A stretch of 64,000 nucleotides of DNA, taken from the NCBI GenBank assembly GCA_950097015.1, contig CATNEN010000007.1:11222001-11286000 (forward strand), written 5' to 3'. The translations under genes were made by a program, and so were the position numbers. The stretch comes from Macrostomum hystrix (lineage: Eukaryota; Animalia; Platyhelminthes). Below the pieces are notes generated by a model. The model did not search any database, was not told where the DNA came from, and was given only the letters and a program-made list of their open reading frames with translations. How positions within the stretch are numbered: the stretch's first letter is position 1; every line of letters begins with the position of its first letter. Positions 37,611 through 51,025 of the stretch are shown here, piece by piece.

Positions 37611-38899
37611 GACGTTAGGGAAAAAGAAGGTGAGAGGATAAGAGAGGGAGAGAGAGAGGGAGTTGAGAGGATGAGAGAGGCAGAGGGTGAGAGTGCAGCC
37701 GGCAGCCTTGCGACTGTTGTCGAGGGCCCTATCGATAGCTGAAATTAGTGCCAGAACCCCAGTTGGGCCTTGTCTTAATTGTCTACTTTCAGTTTCTGTA
37801 AAAATTCTAGAACAGAAAACTTATTTCCAGCAGAAATGTTTTGTAGTTGCCGACAATTGCAAAAGACCGGGTCGCTGTCGCATGTGTGCCATTTATCAAA
37901 GCTTTATCTGCAGGCCTGAAAACACAATGGCTTATCTATTAGCAGTTTTAAATCTGCTTCTGTCCTGATAACCCGCGTGCTAGCTAAGCTTTAAAAAAAG
38001 CTTAAAGTCAGGAAGAGCAACTGCCAGTTACTTATGTGTCCTATGCACTGCCCTCTCTTAATCTCAGGGATTAATAAAAGCTAACTGCTTCTTTCTAGAG
38101 GCCAGAGACGCAAAGTAGCCGCGGTCCCGTACCCAGATAATCTGGTTTGTCAGTGATGCCAGATCAGCATTATAAACTAACAGTTGTACTTGGCCAGTCG
38201 GTAGCATTCAAAATTCAACAGTTGGCAGTGGCAAACACTGGACTGCAGTCTGCTGTAGCAGATCAGATCCCACTGAAGCCGGAATGGCATGCCCGACCCG
38301 AGTGGGGTAAACAAAAAAAACAATATGAAAAGAACTCTTAACATTAATGAGAAAAGCTAAGTCTGCTAGTGGCGCCTTGGCCTGGCCCGGGGCCTGATCC
38401 GGTTTGATCCGGAACCCCTCCCCAATCCAGGCCAGCCAGCCGCTGGAGGAGGGGGGTGTGCGGGTAGGCGCGGAGGACATTTTAACAACGCCAAGTTGTT
38501 GGCGCCTGTACACTGGTGCGGGCTGGACCAAAATCTCAGACTCGGCTATTCGATAAGAAAGCGGACCGGCAGTTGGTAATTTGTAGCAATTTGCCAATTT
38601 ATTATGCACACTGTGCTGACAAGGCCACCTGGGTTGACTTGCAATTGCAAACAAATAATGTTACAATTCTACCCACCAGTCTGCACAGAATGCGGCGCAA
38701 ACAGTGCAGCGAGTGCACCACTTATACCATAGAATTCATCACTATCTGAACAATGACCTGAGTGTTGCAACTTGCAAGCAGCGCAGTTTACAGATGCCCC
38801 AAATTTTGCTGATTTCTTCTGCTTATGGTTTTCTGAATTCAGCGCTTTGTTGGGGCATAACTGATTGCTTGCGGCTTGCAATCCCTGAAGTGTGCTTTT

Positions 38900-41800
38900 C
38901 ACTGACACCTAAGTCTCGCTCGCACCGGCGGGACAGCGCCTGTGAGGTATGAGTCAGTCCAGGCCCACGGGCTAAGGTCTGCGATGCCTCACACCTGCAG
39001 TCGTTTTTTGAGCAGGCTTGGCAGGAAGGAGCCCTGTGCCTTCGGGTACAGGAATCCCTCCACGCTGTCCCGTCAGCTGACCCATGGGTACACGTCCGAC
39101 GAGTGTTCAAGGCTGAATGGGCAACAGCGCTGGATGACCCATCCAGGGCCTCTGGCCGAACTGGGTACCTCAAGCCCTGACTGGAGGGAAAATTGTCTCC
39201 CTTTGACCTTAACAGGGTATGCGGTCAGTCCGCAGCGTTCGTGCACCTGTGCGTGATCAGGTACTCTGGCTACGGCTCTGAGGGAAAGGTGTCACCCTTT
39301 GACCTTAACACGTTTCGACTGAGGGTACGTGGCCAGCCCACGAGAGCGGCCAGTTCAACCGGCAGATCCCAACCGACTGACTCCATGGTTAAGGAAGGGG
39401 CGGCCGGCACTGCTGGCAAACCCGACGGAGCCGAACCCCAGTGGGACCTGCCAGCCTAGCTGGTGGATCTAAAGGACCCGCTACTCTCGGCGCCAAAGGA
39501 CCGGCCAAGTCTGGCAGATCCGAGGAAGCTGAGAAGGCCCGGCTTGCAAAAAAGCGGGCCAAACAGCGCGCCAACAGGGCAGCAAAGAGCGCCAAAGCGG
39601 CGGCGCCGCCCATCCAGGGTGCTGAAGCTGGCGGCTCCTCTGAGCAGCCCGACAGGCCGGCGGACGGAGGTAGCAGTGGCTCAGCGGCGGCGCCCTCCGG
39701 GGAAGCTGCTGCGGATGCTGCTGCAGCTGAAGCCGTAGCGCACCCCATGGCCGAGGAAGCGGAGGCGGCTCCCCCGGGAGCTACCTACGCGGCCAAAGCC
39801 AAAGTCAAGATTCCGGGAGTGATGCTCCAGTGTCATGACCGGGACTGGTCGGCTAACCAGCTTCAGGAGGGGGTGGAAGGCTCCTACTCAAGCTCAAGCT
39901 CACTGTCGATGAGGGCATCTCCATCGGCATAGAACGGATGGTGCTACGCGGCACATCCATTCTCATCGCTCCGAGCAGTAAGGAGGACGCTCGGCGGCTA
40001 ATTCAGCGGTTGCCGACGATCTCCTGAGATGCTGGCCTTGGTCGCCCTGTTTTTCGCGCGAATGCCAGCGCCCCAAAACAACCCCGTATCTGGTGTTTGT
40101 GCCAGAACGGAGTACAGCAGTTGGACCGGACGTGGTACGGAAGGTCCTGCTACGCCTAAACCCCAACCTCCCGGCGAGCGGACTGGTGTATCACCGGAAA
40201 GTTCGAAAGGGGGATGCGGGACAAACTATTGTCCTCGGCTTGTCCGAGGCATGGGCCAGGAGATACCCAGATGGATATCATTTTTCCAGCTGGTGGCTCT
40301 GAAGCCCAAGATGCGTTGAGGGAAGGGCGCCCCTTCCGGGCCACTGCCGAGGGAAGGAAGGAAACGGGTGAAACTGCATCCAACCAACCGAAGCAGAAGA
40401 CCACCAAGGCCAGCCAAGACAGCTCCAGTGGTTGCAAGAGGAAGCCAAAGTCCAAAGGGCAGGCGAAAGCCGGCCCCAAGGCGACCGGCACACCTAGCCG
40501 GCACACGACGCATCAGACTCGGAGCTCTCTTCGGTGACTCTAACGGGGGCCCCGGACGGCGACGTGGAGGCGGAGGAAACCTCTATACTCTGACGTCGGG
40601 GTCCGGGGCGCCTGAAGGAGACGCTGAGGGGAGCGAAGAGGGGATGGACGTCGACAACCTCCCCTCTCCCGGTTCACCTCCGGACACATAGAGGTGTCGC
40701 CAACCACATCAAGGCTTGGCTGAGGACTGAACTTTCAGATGGAGATCTCTGTGTCATCCAATCTGACTCTCTCCATGCACGGAGATGCTTCATCGCCTCG
40801 ATCTATATCCCGGGTGATGGAGATCCTGCTCCGGAGAGCCTGATACGCCTGGCGCAGTACTGCGAAGCCCAGAATGCTGAGCTGATCGTGGGGGGGGTGA
40901 CCGACCTTAACGCCCACCACAAGCACTGGGGCAGTAACAACACCAATGCTATAGGAGAGGAGCTTCTCGCTCTTCTATCCAGCACGAATCTCATGCTCTG
41001 CAACCGCGGCAGCACACCAACTTTCAACAATGGCAGATAGAATGATGTTCTCGAAGCGACCATGGCCACCCCCCGGCTATTCAATAGCATCGAGGGGTGG
41101 AGGGTCTGGCTAGACGAACCATCCTTGTCTGACAACAGACAAGGTCTTTGGTGGATCTATACCTCTGTGGTGAGACCCGCCATCACCTACGCCTCCTTGA
41201 TCTGGGTCAGCGCTACCCAGGTAAAGAGTCATGCTGATCTGCTCAACACGGTCCAGGGAAGGGCATGTCGACTGATCTGCAACGCCAAAAGATCAACACC
41301 CTTTGCTGGTATGGCGGCCTTCTTTGATCTTCCACCTCTGGACATCTTTATCAGAGGCGAAGCTGCCAAGTCGACTAGGCGTCTGCTAGATGCGGGCGTC
41401 AAGTTCAAGTATATGAGAGCATTCGCTAAGAGGAAAATTATCCCTCACAGCGATCTTTGCCTTAAGATCCTCAACGAGTGCGATGCCCATCGTGTCCTCA
41501 CTGATAACATCGCCTCGAGACCGAACGCGAGACAAGGCTACGACGTAGTCATCGATCCACGCGACAAAATCAATGACAGCTGGAACCGCGGTGAGCTTCA
41601 TTGCTACACTGATGGATCCAAACAGTCAAAGAACACCGGTTTCGGTGTCCGCATCTTTCACAATGGGCAGCTGGTTGCAAGCCACGCCCAACACACTGGC
41701 GTCAACTCCAGTGTCTTCCAGAATGAGGTCCTTGCCATCAGCTCCTGCTCTGCAGAGCTGCTCGCTATTGGCGTGAAAGGTAAGGATATCATCTTCCACG

Positions 41801-42420
41801 TTGACAGTCAGGCAGCACTGTATGCCATCGGCAGTCGCTGCATTAGCTCGGCAACGGTCCTTGACTGTATCAAGCATCTCAACATGTTAGCCTCCACCAA
41901 CAAGGTCACCCTTAAATGGTTGCCCGGACACGAGGGATTTCAGGGCAACGAGCTGGCTGACGCTCTAGCGAAAGCCGGCACCGCTGGATCCTCCTGGGGA
42001 CCCGAACCTCTGGTTCCGGTCCCAAACTGTGTCATCAACTCACGCATCAAAGCGTGGGTGAAAACTCAGCACTACTCGCTCTGGGCGAACTGCAACACCT
42101 GCAGGCAATCTAGAGAGGCTGTTCCGCAGCCCTCCCGCCAACTCCGGAACCTCCTTCTGCGTCTCCCGCGCAAGGACATCCGAGCGGCCACCATGACCCT
42201 GTCTGGGCATGGGTGCTTCACCAGGCACCAATACCTGTAGGGCAATGTTACCAACGCTACCTGTAGTTTTTGCAACTCAGGTGACGAAACCGCTGAACAT
42301 TTTGTCGGCATCGCCTTCGGCGGAAGGCTAAGGACAACTAAGTGTACGTGCATTCACCCGTGTGCCCTGTAGCAACCCTGTGTGGCACCTGTACAGTGTG
42401 ACAACTGTATCGACAATTGT
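38900..42420 (+). mobile_element. Degenerate non-LTR retrotransposon (LOA/R1/I-like): ORF1, partial AP endonuclease, RT deleted, RNase H, zinc knuckle
   Basis: ORF1-like basic segment (TYAAKAK, LRLNPNLP). APE motifs DLNAHHKHWGS, LMLCNRGSTPTF and SLSD. Then WIYTSVVRPAITY, RNase H YTDGSK/SVFQNE/VDSQAAL/WLPGH.G.QGNELADALAK, LSGHG and CSFC....ETAEH. No YADD. Ends are approximate. Confidence 0.88.
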
Positions 42421-43393
42421 AAGCTTAATGTGTTTGCGTGTACTCAGATAGATTTGTTTGAGTTGGCCGAATCGCTTACAGGCTACCACAAAAACGGTCG
42501 ATTTCATCGTCTGCTATCATCAATTAGAGTAATATTTAATGATTTAATAATTCCTACTCACGTGATTCAGAGGTTGGATGCAGTGCTTAATCGCAGTTTC
42601 GCTTGCCTTGGCGGCCTTGTTGGGTTTATGTTAAAAAGCGGTTAGTAAAAAGTATTGACTTAAGCTAAACCAAACAAGGGCAACACAGTTGCAACAGGTC
42701 CTCCTCGATGTAATGGGGACCGAAAAAACAAGAGAGTTCAGGTCTTAGCGCATCACACAGGCACAGCCAGCCAATCACAGGCCGCAACTTGGGGGTGGTG
42801 ATGCAAACTGAGTGGAGAGAGAAATCGATAACACTCCAGGGTCGGCGGAGTGGAGTGGGACTCTGTGCCACGGCACAATTGGCTGAGGGAGAGACTATGA
42901 GAGATAAGACTTTACTGCAGCCACAAATCAAATTTGTATCATTCTAGGGACTATTCTAGGGACTTCAAATATTAGATTATGTGGACTTATAACCTGTAAA
43001 CTGAGTGGGGAATACTGCACTTATTTCAGCACCCCACATTTTAAAGAAAGATTTTGCTAAAGGGAAATTATCCCATTGCTACTTAAAGTAGCTGAGAGCT
43101 TTCACTAAACGGAAATTTCGGTGTAAACGTGTCCGCTCCAAACAAAAAAGCAAACAGCAATCCTAAATGAGATGGAGCGAAAGAGAACAAACAATCCGTG
43201 TGCAGGCTGTGAGCGAAAATAGAGATAAAATGGCCTTTGAGGGAACAAAGGCAGTGACAAAACCTGACATGTGCTTTGTTTAAAGGACTGTTATACAATT
43301 TGCTTAAATTATTTTCCGCATTATAGATCAGCTAGTTAAACAGAGTGCAGGAGATAGGGCTACGACTCATGCAGTGGGGACTGGGACACTGGG

Positions 43394-45020
43394 ACAGTGA
43401 GGGAACTGGCTGCACAGTCAGTGAGGGATCTGGCTGCACAGTCAGTGAGGGATCTGGCTGCACAGTCAGTGAGGGAACTGGCTGCACAGTCAGTGAGGGA
43501 ACTGGCTGCACAGTCAGTGAGGGAACTGGCTGCACAGTCAGTGAGGGAACTGGCTGCACAGTCAGTGAGGGAACTGGCTGCACAGTCAGTGAGGCATCTG
43601 GGTGCTCAATCAGTGAGGGAACTGGCTGCACAGTCAGTGAGGGAACTGGTTGCACAGTCAGTGAGGGAACTGGCTGCACAGTCAGTGAGGGAACTGGCTG
43701 CACAGTCAGTGAGGGAACTGGTTGCACAGTCAGTGAGGGAACTGGCTGCACAGTCAGTGAGGGAACTGGTTGCACAGTCAGTGAGGGAACTGGTTGCACA
43801 GTCAGTGAGGGAACTGGCTGCACAGTCAGTGAGGGAACTGGCTGCACAGTCAGTGAGGGATCTGGCTGCACAGTCAGTGAGGGAACTGGCTGCACAGTCA
43901 GTGAGGGATCTGGCTGCACAGTCAGTGAGGGAACTGGCTGCACAGTCAGTGAGGGAACTGGCTGCACAGTCAGTGAGGGAACTGGCTGCACAGTCAGTGA
44001 GGGAACTGGCTGCACAGTCAGTGAGGGAACTGGTTGCACAGTCAGTGAGGGAACTGGCTGCACAGTCAGTAAAGGGATCTGGCTGCACAGTCAGTGAGGG
44101 AACTGGCTGCACAGTCAGTGAGGGAACTGGCTGCACAGTCAGTGAGGGAACTGGCTGCACAGTCAGTGAGGGAACTGGTTGCACAGTCAGTGAGGGAACT
44201 GGTTGCACAGTCAGTGAGGGAACTGGCTGCACAGTCAGTGAGGGAACTGGCTGCACAGTCAGTGAGGGAACTGGCTGCACAGTCAGTGAGGGAACTGGCT
44301 GCACAGTCAGTGAGGGAACTGGCTGCACAGTCAGTGAGGGAACTGGTTGCACAGTCAGTGAGGGAACTGGCTGCACAGTCAGTGAGGGAACTGGCTGCAC
44401 AGTCAGTGAGGGAACTGGCTGCACAGTCAGTGAGGGAACTGGCTGCACAGTCAGTGAGGGAACTGGCTGCACAGTCAGTGAGGGAACTGGCTGCACAGTC
44501 AGTGAGGGAACTGGCTGCACAGTCAGTGAGGGAACTGGCTGCACAGTCAGTGAGGGAACTGGCTGCACAGTCAGTGAGGGAACTGGCTGCACAGTCAGTG
44601 AGGGAACTGGCTGCACAGTCAGTGAGGGAACTGGCTGCACAGTCAGTGAGGGAACTGGCTGCACAGTCAGTGAGGGATCTGGTTGCACAGTCAGTGAGGG
44701 AACTGGCTGCACAGTCAGTGAGGGAACTGGCTGCACAGTCAGTGAGGGAACTGGTTGCACAGTCAGTGAGGGAACTGGTTGCACAGTCAGTGAGGGAACT
44801 GGCTGCACAGTCAGTGAGGGAACTGGCTGCACAGTCAGTGAGGGAACTGGTTGCACAGTCAGTGAGGGAACTGGCTGCACAGTCAGTGAGGGAACTGGCT
44901 GCACAGTCAGTGAGGGAACTGGCTGCACAGTCAGTGAGGGAACTGGCTGCACAGTCAGTGAGGGAACTGGCTGCACAGTCAGTGAGGGAACTGGCTGCAC
45001 AGTCAGTGAGGGAACTGGCT
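43394..45020. repeat. 24-bp minisatellite, about 68 copies
   Basis: CAGTCAGTGAGGGAACTGGCTGCA. Confidence 0.98.
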
Positions 45021-47064
45021 ATATACATAAAAACGTGCAGTTCAGACAAGGAACCTCTCTAAGATTATATTTTTAAAGCAATATTTTAACTATTGCCGGA
45101 AAGCAAACAGCTTTACATGAAAAAAACGGTTCTTTTTTTTCCAGGAAACGCTGCTCGAGCGCGCATGCCGAAGTCGCTAATTCGCTTCTTGATTATTGCA
45201 TTTTGTCACGGCAAATAAGGCCTAAACCCAGCGTGGCAACTAATCTGCATGGGCGTCAACTCGCGTGAATCTCCAATAAATATGCGCCCACAAATTTGGA
45301 CCAAGCCCTAGAAGTGCATAGGACCAGCGACTGCAGCGGCCTTCCGCACTCGGCGCTCCATCAGCCCCGCGTGCTTATCACCGGGCGGGGCAGAGGGGCC
45401 GCCTGTTTGCCCAAGAATCCCCCGACAGGGAAGCGAGCGGCTTGTCCCACAGAGAGGAAGCGAGGTCGCACAGTTTGAGCCAACAACTGCAGCGAGTGAT
45501 GAGGGGAGCCCGACTGCTCACCAGGGTCACGCGCAGCTGCTTTGCCGGGCCGTCGCCGAGCTGAGCTCGCAGGCTCACGAGAGTCGGCTGGGACATCACG
45601 CGGCTGAGGTGGGCAGTATCGCGGCGGAGCAGGCTGGAGCAGCCTGTTTGCTCAGCAATGGGGACCGCAGCTTGGCGAGCTCCATCCAGACATCAATTTC
45701 TTTTATATCATATCTCAGCAATGCGCCCAGGACAGGCGGGCAAAAGTTCTTTGCTGGCAATATTGCTCAAAATGGATCCTGGCCGTGTCGCTGGGAATTA
45801 TTCATACCGAACGGGCTGCACTACCTGTTCTCCCCAGCCCGTTCTTTATCCCCAATACCCCAGACGGCTTAAGTGGCAAGTCTGATTCGCTGGGATCTGG
45901 GATCTGGGATCCCATGCTGAACTCGGAGCCGGGACAAACCGACCTGCAGCTGCTCAGCTTGAGCAGTTAATAGCTCAGATCCGCAGCAATCTCAGATCTC
46001 AGCTGAGCAACTTGACACCCCAGGAGAGAGTTCTGGCAGGCCCTGCTGCTGCTGCTGCTGCCCAGCAACTGGCTTGGGACTCTGGCATCACGAGTTCCAC
46101 CGAAGATACTCATATTCTGTACCGACTGCAGCTCTCAAATGCTCTCGCGTGACTCACTCAGACTCTCAGTAGCGCGCGGAAGGCGAACGAGCTTCCCCTC
46201 GCCTATTAGCAATTCTGCCCCATCTTGTCCCAGCTGGCTGGGCTTATCCCAGCATCTCAACAGCGCACAGATGCTCGGATATGCTCAAATATCAGGTAGC
46301 ATTTTTGAAGTCACACCCTCGATATTTTTAGCCACAAGGCCCTGACAACCGGCGTGCGTGCTTCTCTTGCCCGACTCTGGATTCTGTCTCCAGGGTTCAG
46401 CAAGGCATGCCGCGGCCCTGAGCACAATGGGACTGTTCCCGAAGCCCCTGTCTCCGCGATTTTTTTTTCCTACGGGATCCGCAGCAGAGGCTAATTGGTT
46501 GCGATTTTACCAATTTTGCCCATCATGTCTCCCCTATTGTAATTATCCCGTCTGTACCCAGCTCCCCGCATCTTCCCTAAATAATTCAGGAAACCAGAAC
46601 ATCCTTCATCAATCAAGGGAGGAATTAACGATCGCTCAGCCAGCCGGTTGGCGACTCGCTTGGGGATCTGCGCGCTGCAATCTATCCCCATTCTTCCTGG
46701 AGGCGGAGCTCCTCCGGCTCGATCCGCGGCACGCTAGTCGCGTGGCAGTGTCCCTGGAATTTCAGGGGCCACTCAAGGAGTGAGAAATCCCGCACGACTC
46801 GGAAAGCAATTGATTTGCGAAGCAATATAAAAGCTCGGTGGGGGATTTGCTGGGGACTTGGAAAACGGATAAGGGGAGCTCTCTTCTCGAGTTCCCTCGG
46901 TCGGAGATGGAAGATTAATAATTTGGCTTCAATAGTTAGGGGGCTCCCAGTGCAGGCTTTTCTCTCGAACTCAAACAGGCCAGCGGCGGAGCTGCGCTTT
47001 GAGCTCGCTGACTCAGATTTCAAACTTCCAGCTACTGTTGCTGCTGCTTGCGTGCGTGTGTGTT

Positions 47065-47578
47065 AGTGTGAGTGTGAGTGTGAGTGTGAGTGTGAGTGTG
47101 AGTGTGAGTGTGAGTGTGAGTGTGAGTGTGAGTGTGAGTGTGAGTGTGAGTGTGAGTGTGAGTGTGAGTGTGAGTGTGAGTGTGAGTGTGAGTGTGAGTG
47201 TGAGTGTGAGTGTGAGTGTGAGTGTGAGTGTGAGTGTGAGTGTGAGTGTGAGTGTGAGTGTGAGTGTGAGTGTGAGTGTGAGTGTGAGTGTGAGTGTGAG
47301 TGTGAGTGTGAGTGTGAGTGTGAGTGTGAGTGTGAGTGTGAGTGTTAGTGTGAGTGTGAGTGTGAGTGTGAGTGTGAGTGTGAGTGTGAGTGTGAGTGTG
47401 AGTGTGAGTGTGAGTGTGAGTGTGAGTGTGAGTGTGAGTGTGAGTGTGAGTGTGAGTGTGAGTGTGAGTGTGAGTGTTAGTGTGAGTGTGAGTGTGAGTG
47501 TGAGTGTGAGTGTGAGTGTGAGTGTGAGTGTGAGTGTGAGTGTGAGTGTGAGTGTGAGTGTGAGTGTGAGTGTGAGTG
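47065..47578. repeat. (GTGAGT)n hexanucleotide microsatellite, about 85 copies
   Basis: Direct reading; rare GTTAGT variants. Confidence 0.98.
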
Positions 47579-47766
47579 CGGCCTTTATTGCACTTTTGCC
47601 AGCTTTCCAGGCCTCCCGGAATCGGCAGTTGAGGCTGCACCTTCAAATTAGTAAAAGCTTAATAGCTCACGCAGCTCAGCGAAGTTTGAAAGAAGTTAGA
47701 AATCTAGAAAAGTATGACAGTAAGCTACTCCAGACTTTGTCGAGGACTGAGAGGCAGGAGGTACAG

Positions 47767-48940
47767 GAGGATCAGGAGGTCCAAGACAGCTCACACACTG
47801 AGGATCAGGAGGTCCAAGCCAGCTCACTCACTCACTGGGATCAGGAGGTCCAAGCCAGCTCACTCACTCACTGAGAATCAGGAGGTCCAAGCCAGCTCAC
47901 TCACTGAGGATCAGGAGGTCCAAGCCAGCTCACTCACTGAGGATCAGGAGGTCCAAGCCAGCTATCTCACTGAGGATCAGGAGGTCCAAGCCAGCTCACT
48001 CACTGAGAATCAGGAGGTCCAAGCCAGCGCATTCACTGAGGATCAGGAGGTCCAAGCCAGCTCACTCACTGAGGATCAGGAGGTCCAAGCCAGCTCACTC
48101 ACTGAGAATCAGGAGGTCCAAGCCAGCGCATTCACTGAGGATCAGGAGGTCCAAGCCAGCTCACTCACTGAGGATCAGGAGGTCCAAGCCAGCGCATTCA
48201 CTGAGGATCAGGAGGTCCAAGCCAGCTCACTTACTGAGGATCAGGAGGTCCAAGCCAGCTCACTCACTGAGGATCAGGAGGTCCAAGCCAGCTATCTCAC
48301 TGAGGATCAGGAGGTCCAAGCCAGCTCACTCACTGAGAATCAGGAGGTCCAAGCCAGCGCATTCACTGAGGATCAGGAGGTCCAAGCCAGCTCACTCACT
48401 GAGGATCAGGAGGTCCAAGCCAGCTCACTCACTGAGAATCAGGAGGTCCAAGCCAGCGCATTCACTGAGGATCAGGAGGTCCAAGCCAGCTCACTCACTG
48501 AGGATCAGGAGGTCCAAGCCAGCGCATTCACTGAGGATCAGGAGGTCCAAGCCAGCTCACTTACTGAGGATCAGGAGGTCCAAGCCAGCTCACTCACTGG
48601 GGATCAGGAGGTTCAAGCCAGCTCACTCACTGAGAATCAGGAGGTTCAAGCCAGCTCACTCACTGAGGATCAGGAGGTCCAAGCCAGCTCACTCACTGAG
48701 GATCAGGAGGTTCAAGCCAGCTCACTCACTGAGGATCAGGAGGTCCAAGCCAGCGCATTCACTGAGGATCAGGAGGTCCAAGCCAGCGCATTCACTGAGG
48801 ATCAGGAGGTCCAAGCCAGCTCACTCACTGGGGATCAGGTGGTCCAAGCCAGCTCACTCACTCACTGGGATCATGAAGTCCAAGCCAGCTCACTCACTGG
48901 GGATCAGGAAGTCCAAGCCAGCTCACTCAGTGGGGATCAG
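47767..48940. repeat. 33-bp minisatellite with a 330-bp higher-order duplication
   Basis: ACTGAGGATCAGGAGGTCCAAGCCAGCTCACTC; diagnostic variants recur at 330-bp spacing. Confidence 0.95.
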
Positions 48941-49779
48941 AATTGACTGGGGCAGGCCCGAGCATTCTGATGAATCGAAGAGGCCGTTGTAGACCGCGGC
49001 AGAAGAGCACAACTGAGCATAACAAGTCCTGGGGACTGGGAGGGAGAGCTGGGCAAAAGTGCAAATCCCAGAGAGCTCTTAACTGGAGAGGGAAGCTGCC
49101 CGAGGACACGGATGCGAGACTTTAGTTTGTGAGTTGCAACATTTTCACCCCCGCTACATCCGCGAAATCCCTTCAGCCTCTTCATGTGAATTCACTGAAG
49201 GCCGGGAGAGTTTGCGATTTTCAAAATAAACTACAAAAAATACTTTAAAAGCTATGAGTTAGGACCATGGAAACGGCAAGTCTTCAATATGATCTACTCA
49301 ACAGAGAGCTCTAATATTCGGCCCCCTTATTAATCAGGGTCCTAAATTTCATTACCGAACTTCCCTATCCCGGCTGGCTTGGCTGCTGCAGCCCCGGTCC
49401 CGCGGCGGCCGTAAAGAATGCGGGATGTACTTTTGCCACTCGCCACAGCGCCGTCACAAATCGTCACCCGCCACTCGCGATATTTCTAAATCTGCGGCAC
49501 TCGACTGATTATCTGCTGCGAGCACGCTGCCGCCTCGCATCCCAGTAATCCCCTGGGATTTCAGACTGGGGACAAGGGGAGCAGACGACTGGGACAAGCC
49601 ATCAAACTGATTGCTTCAGCACGGGTCCACCGGGCCTGACTTGATCCACGGCTTGCAACAAGCTTGGCAACAAAGCCGCCATTGAGTAGCCGTTGGCTTA
49701 AAGACGGCGAGACCGGATGAAAATTAACCGGGATTCGTCTCTGAGCTGCTGGGAGAAAAATAAACAGTGGGCAAAACCC

Positions 49780-50501
49780 ACTGCAAGCAATGATCCCCGT
49801 GTGATAACTGACCTACTGCAAGCACTGATCCCCATGTGATAACTGACCCACTGCAAGCACTGATCCCCATGTGATAACTGACCCACTGCAAGCAATGATC
49901 CCCATGTGATAACTGACCTACTGCAAGCACTGATCCCCATGTGATAACTGACCTACTGCAAGCACTGATCCCCATGTGATAACTGACCTACTGCAAGCAC
50001 TGATCCCCATGTGATAACTGACCCACTGCAAGCACTGATCCCCATGTGATAACTGACCTACTGCAAGCAATGATCCCCATGTGAGGCTGACCTACTGCAA
50101 GCACTGATCCCCATGTGATAACTGACCTACTGCAAGCACTGATCCCCATGTGAGGCTGACCTACTGCAAGCACCGATCCCCATGTGATAACTAACCCACT
50201 GCAAGCACTGATCCCCATGTGATAACTGACCTACTGCAAGCAATGATCCCCATGTGAGGCTGACCTACTGCAAGCACTGATCCCCATGTGAGGCTGACCT
50301 ACTGCAAGCACTGATCCCCATGTGATAACTGACCTACTGCAAGCACTGATCCCCATGTGATAACTGACCTACTGCAAGCACTGATCCCCATGTGATAACT
50401 AACCCACTGCAAGCACTGATCCCCATGTGATAACTAACCCACTGCAAGCACTGATCCCCATGTGATAACTGACCTACTGCAAGCAATGATCCCCATGTGA
50501 T
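49780..50501. repeat. 35-bp minisatellite, about 20 copies
   Basis: ACTGCAAGCACTGATCCCCATGTGATAACTGACCT. Confidence 0.96.
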
Positions 50502-51025
50502 ATCTGGCACAAAATCACGAACGAATTATGCTGCAAAGACCTGAACTTAACAATCGCCTGAAAGCGAAAAGGAACAATAGCTGAGACTGGGCAGCTTTCG
50601 GTTGCTTGAACAATAGCTGATGCTCATTAACTGGTGTTTATTGCCTGCCCGCGGGCTTGTCCTTCTGTGTACGGCAAGCCGCCTGCAGATGTCAGTTTGT
50701 TGGCAATCGGATTGCGGACACGGGCTGCACAGTCGAGACACATCCGCTCTTAGGAATCGGGGAGCGCTGCTAAAAATCGGGCCGCAATGGCACTTTCTGT
50801 AAAATAATTTGCGCTCAGTAATGCTTATAATGTACTTTAGTGACTCAGCTAACTCCAGCGTAATGCGTAATCCCTCATGGGAGTGGATGCAGGGGCCTCG
50901 GATAGGGCGGGGAGGCACGAATGAGGCGAGTTAAATGACGGTAACGCAGAAGGAGAGCCCATTGAGTTCAGTGTCCCGGGAGAGAGGGGGTCACGTGACT
51001 CCCGTCCAACGCCGACACGACCCGG

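Noticed and set aside
43332-48946. Repetitive ORFs (SEGTGCTV, SV dipeptide, EDQEVQASSLT)
   Set aside because: They coincide exactly with tandem repeats, with frame-shifting indels and no unique domain.
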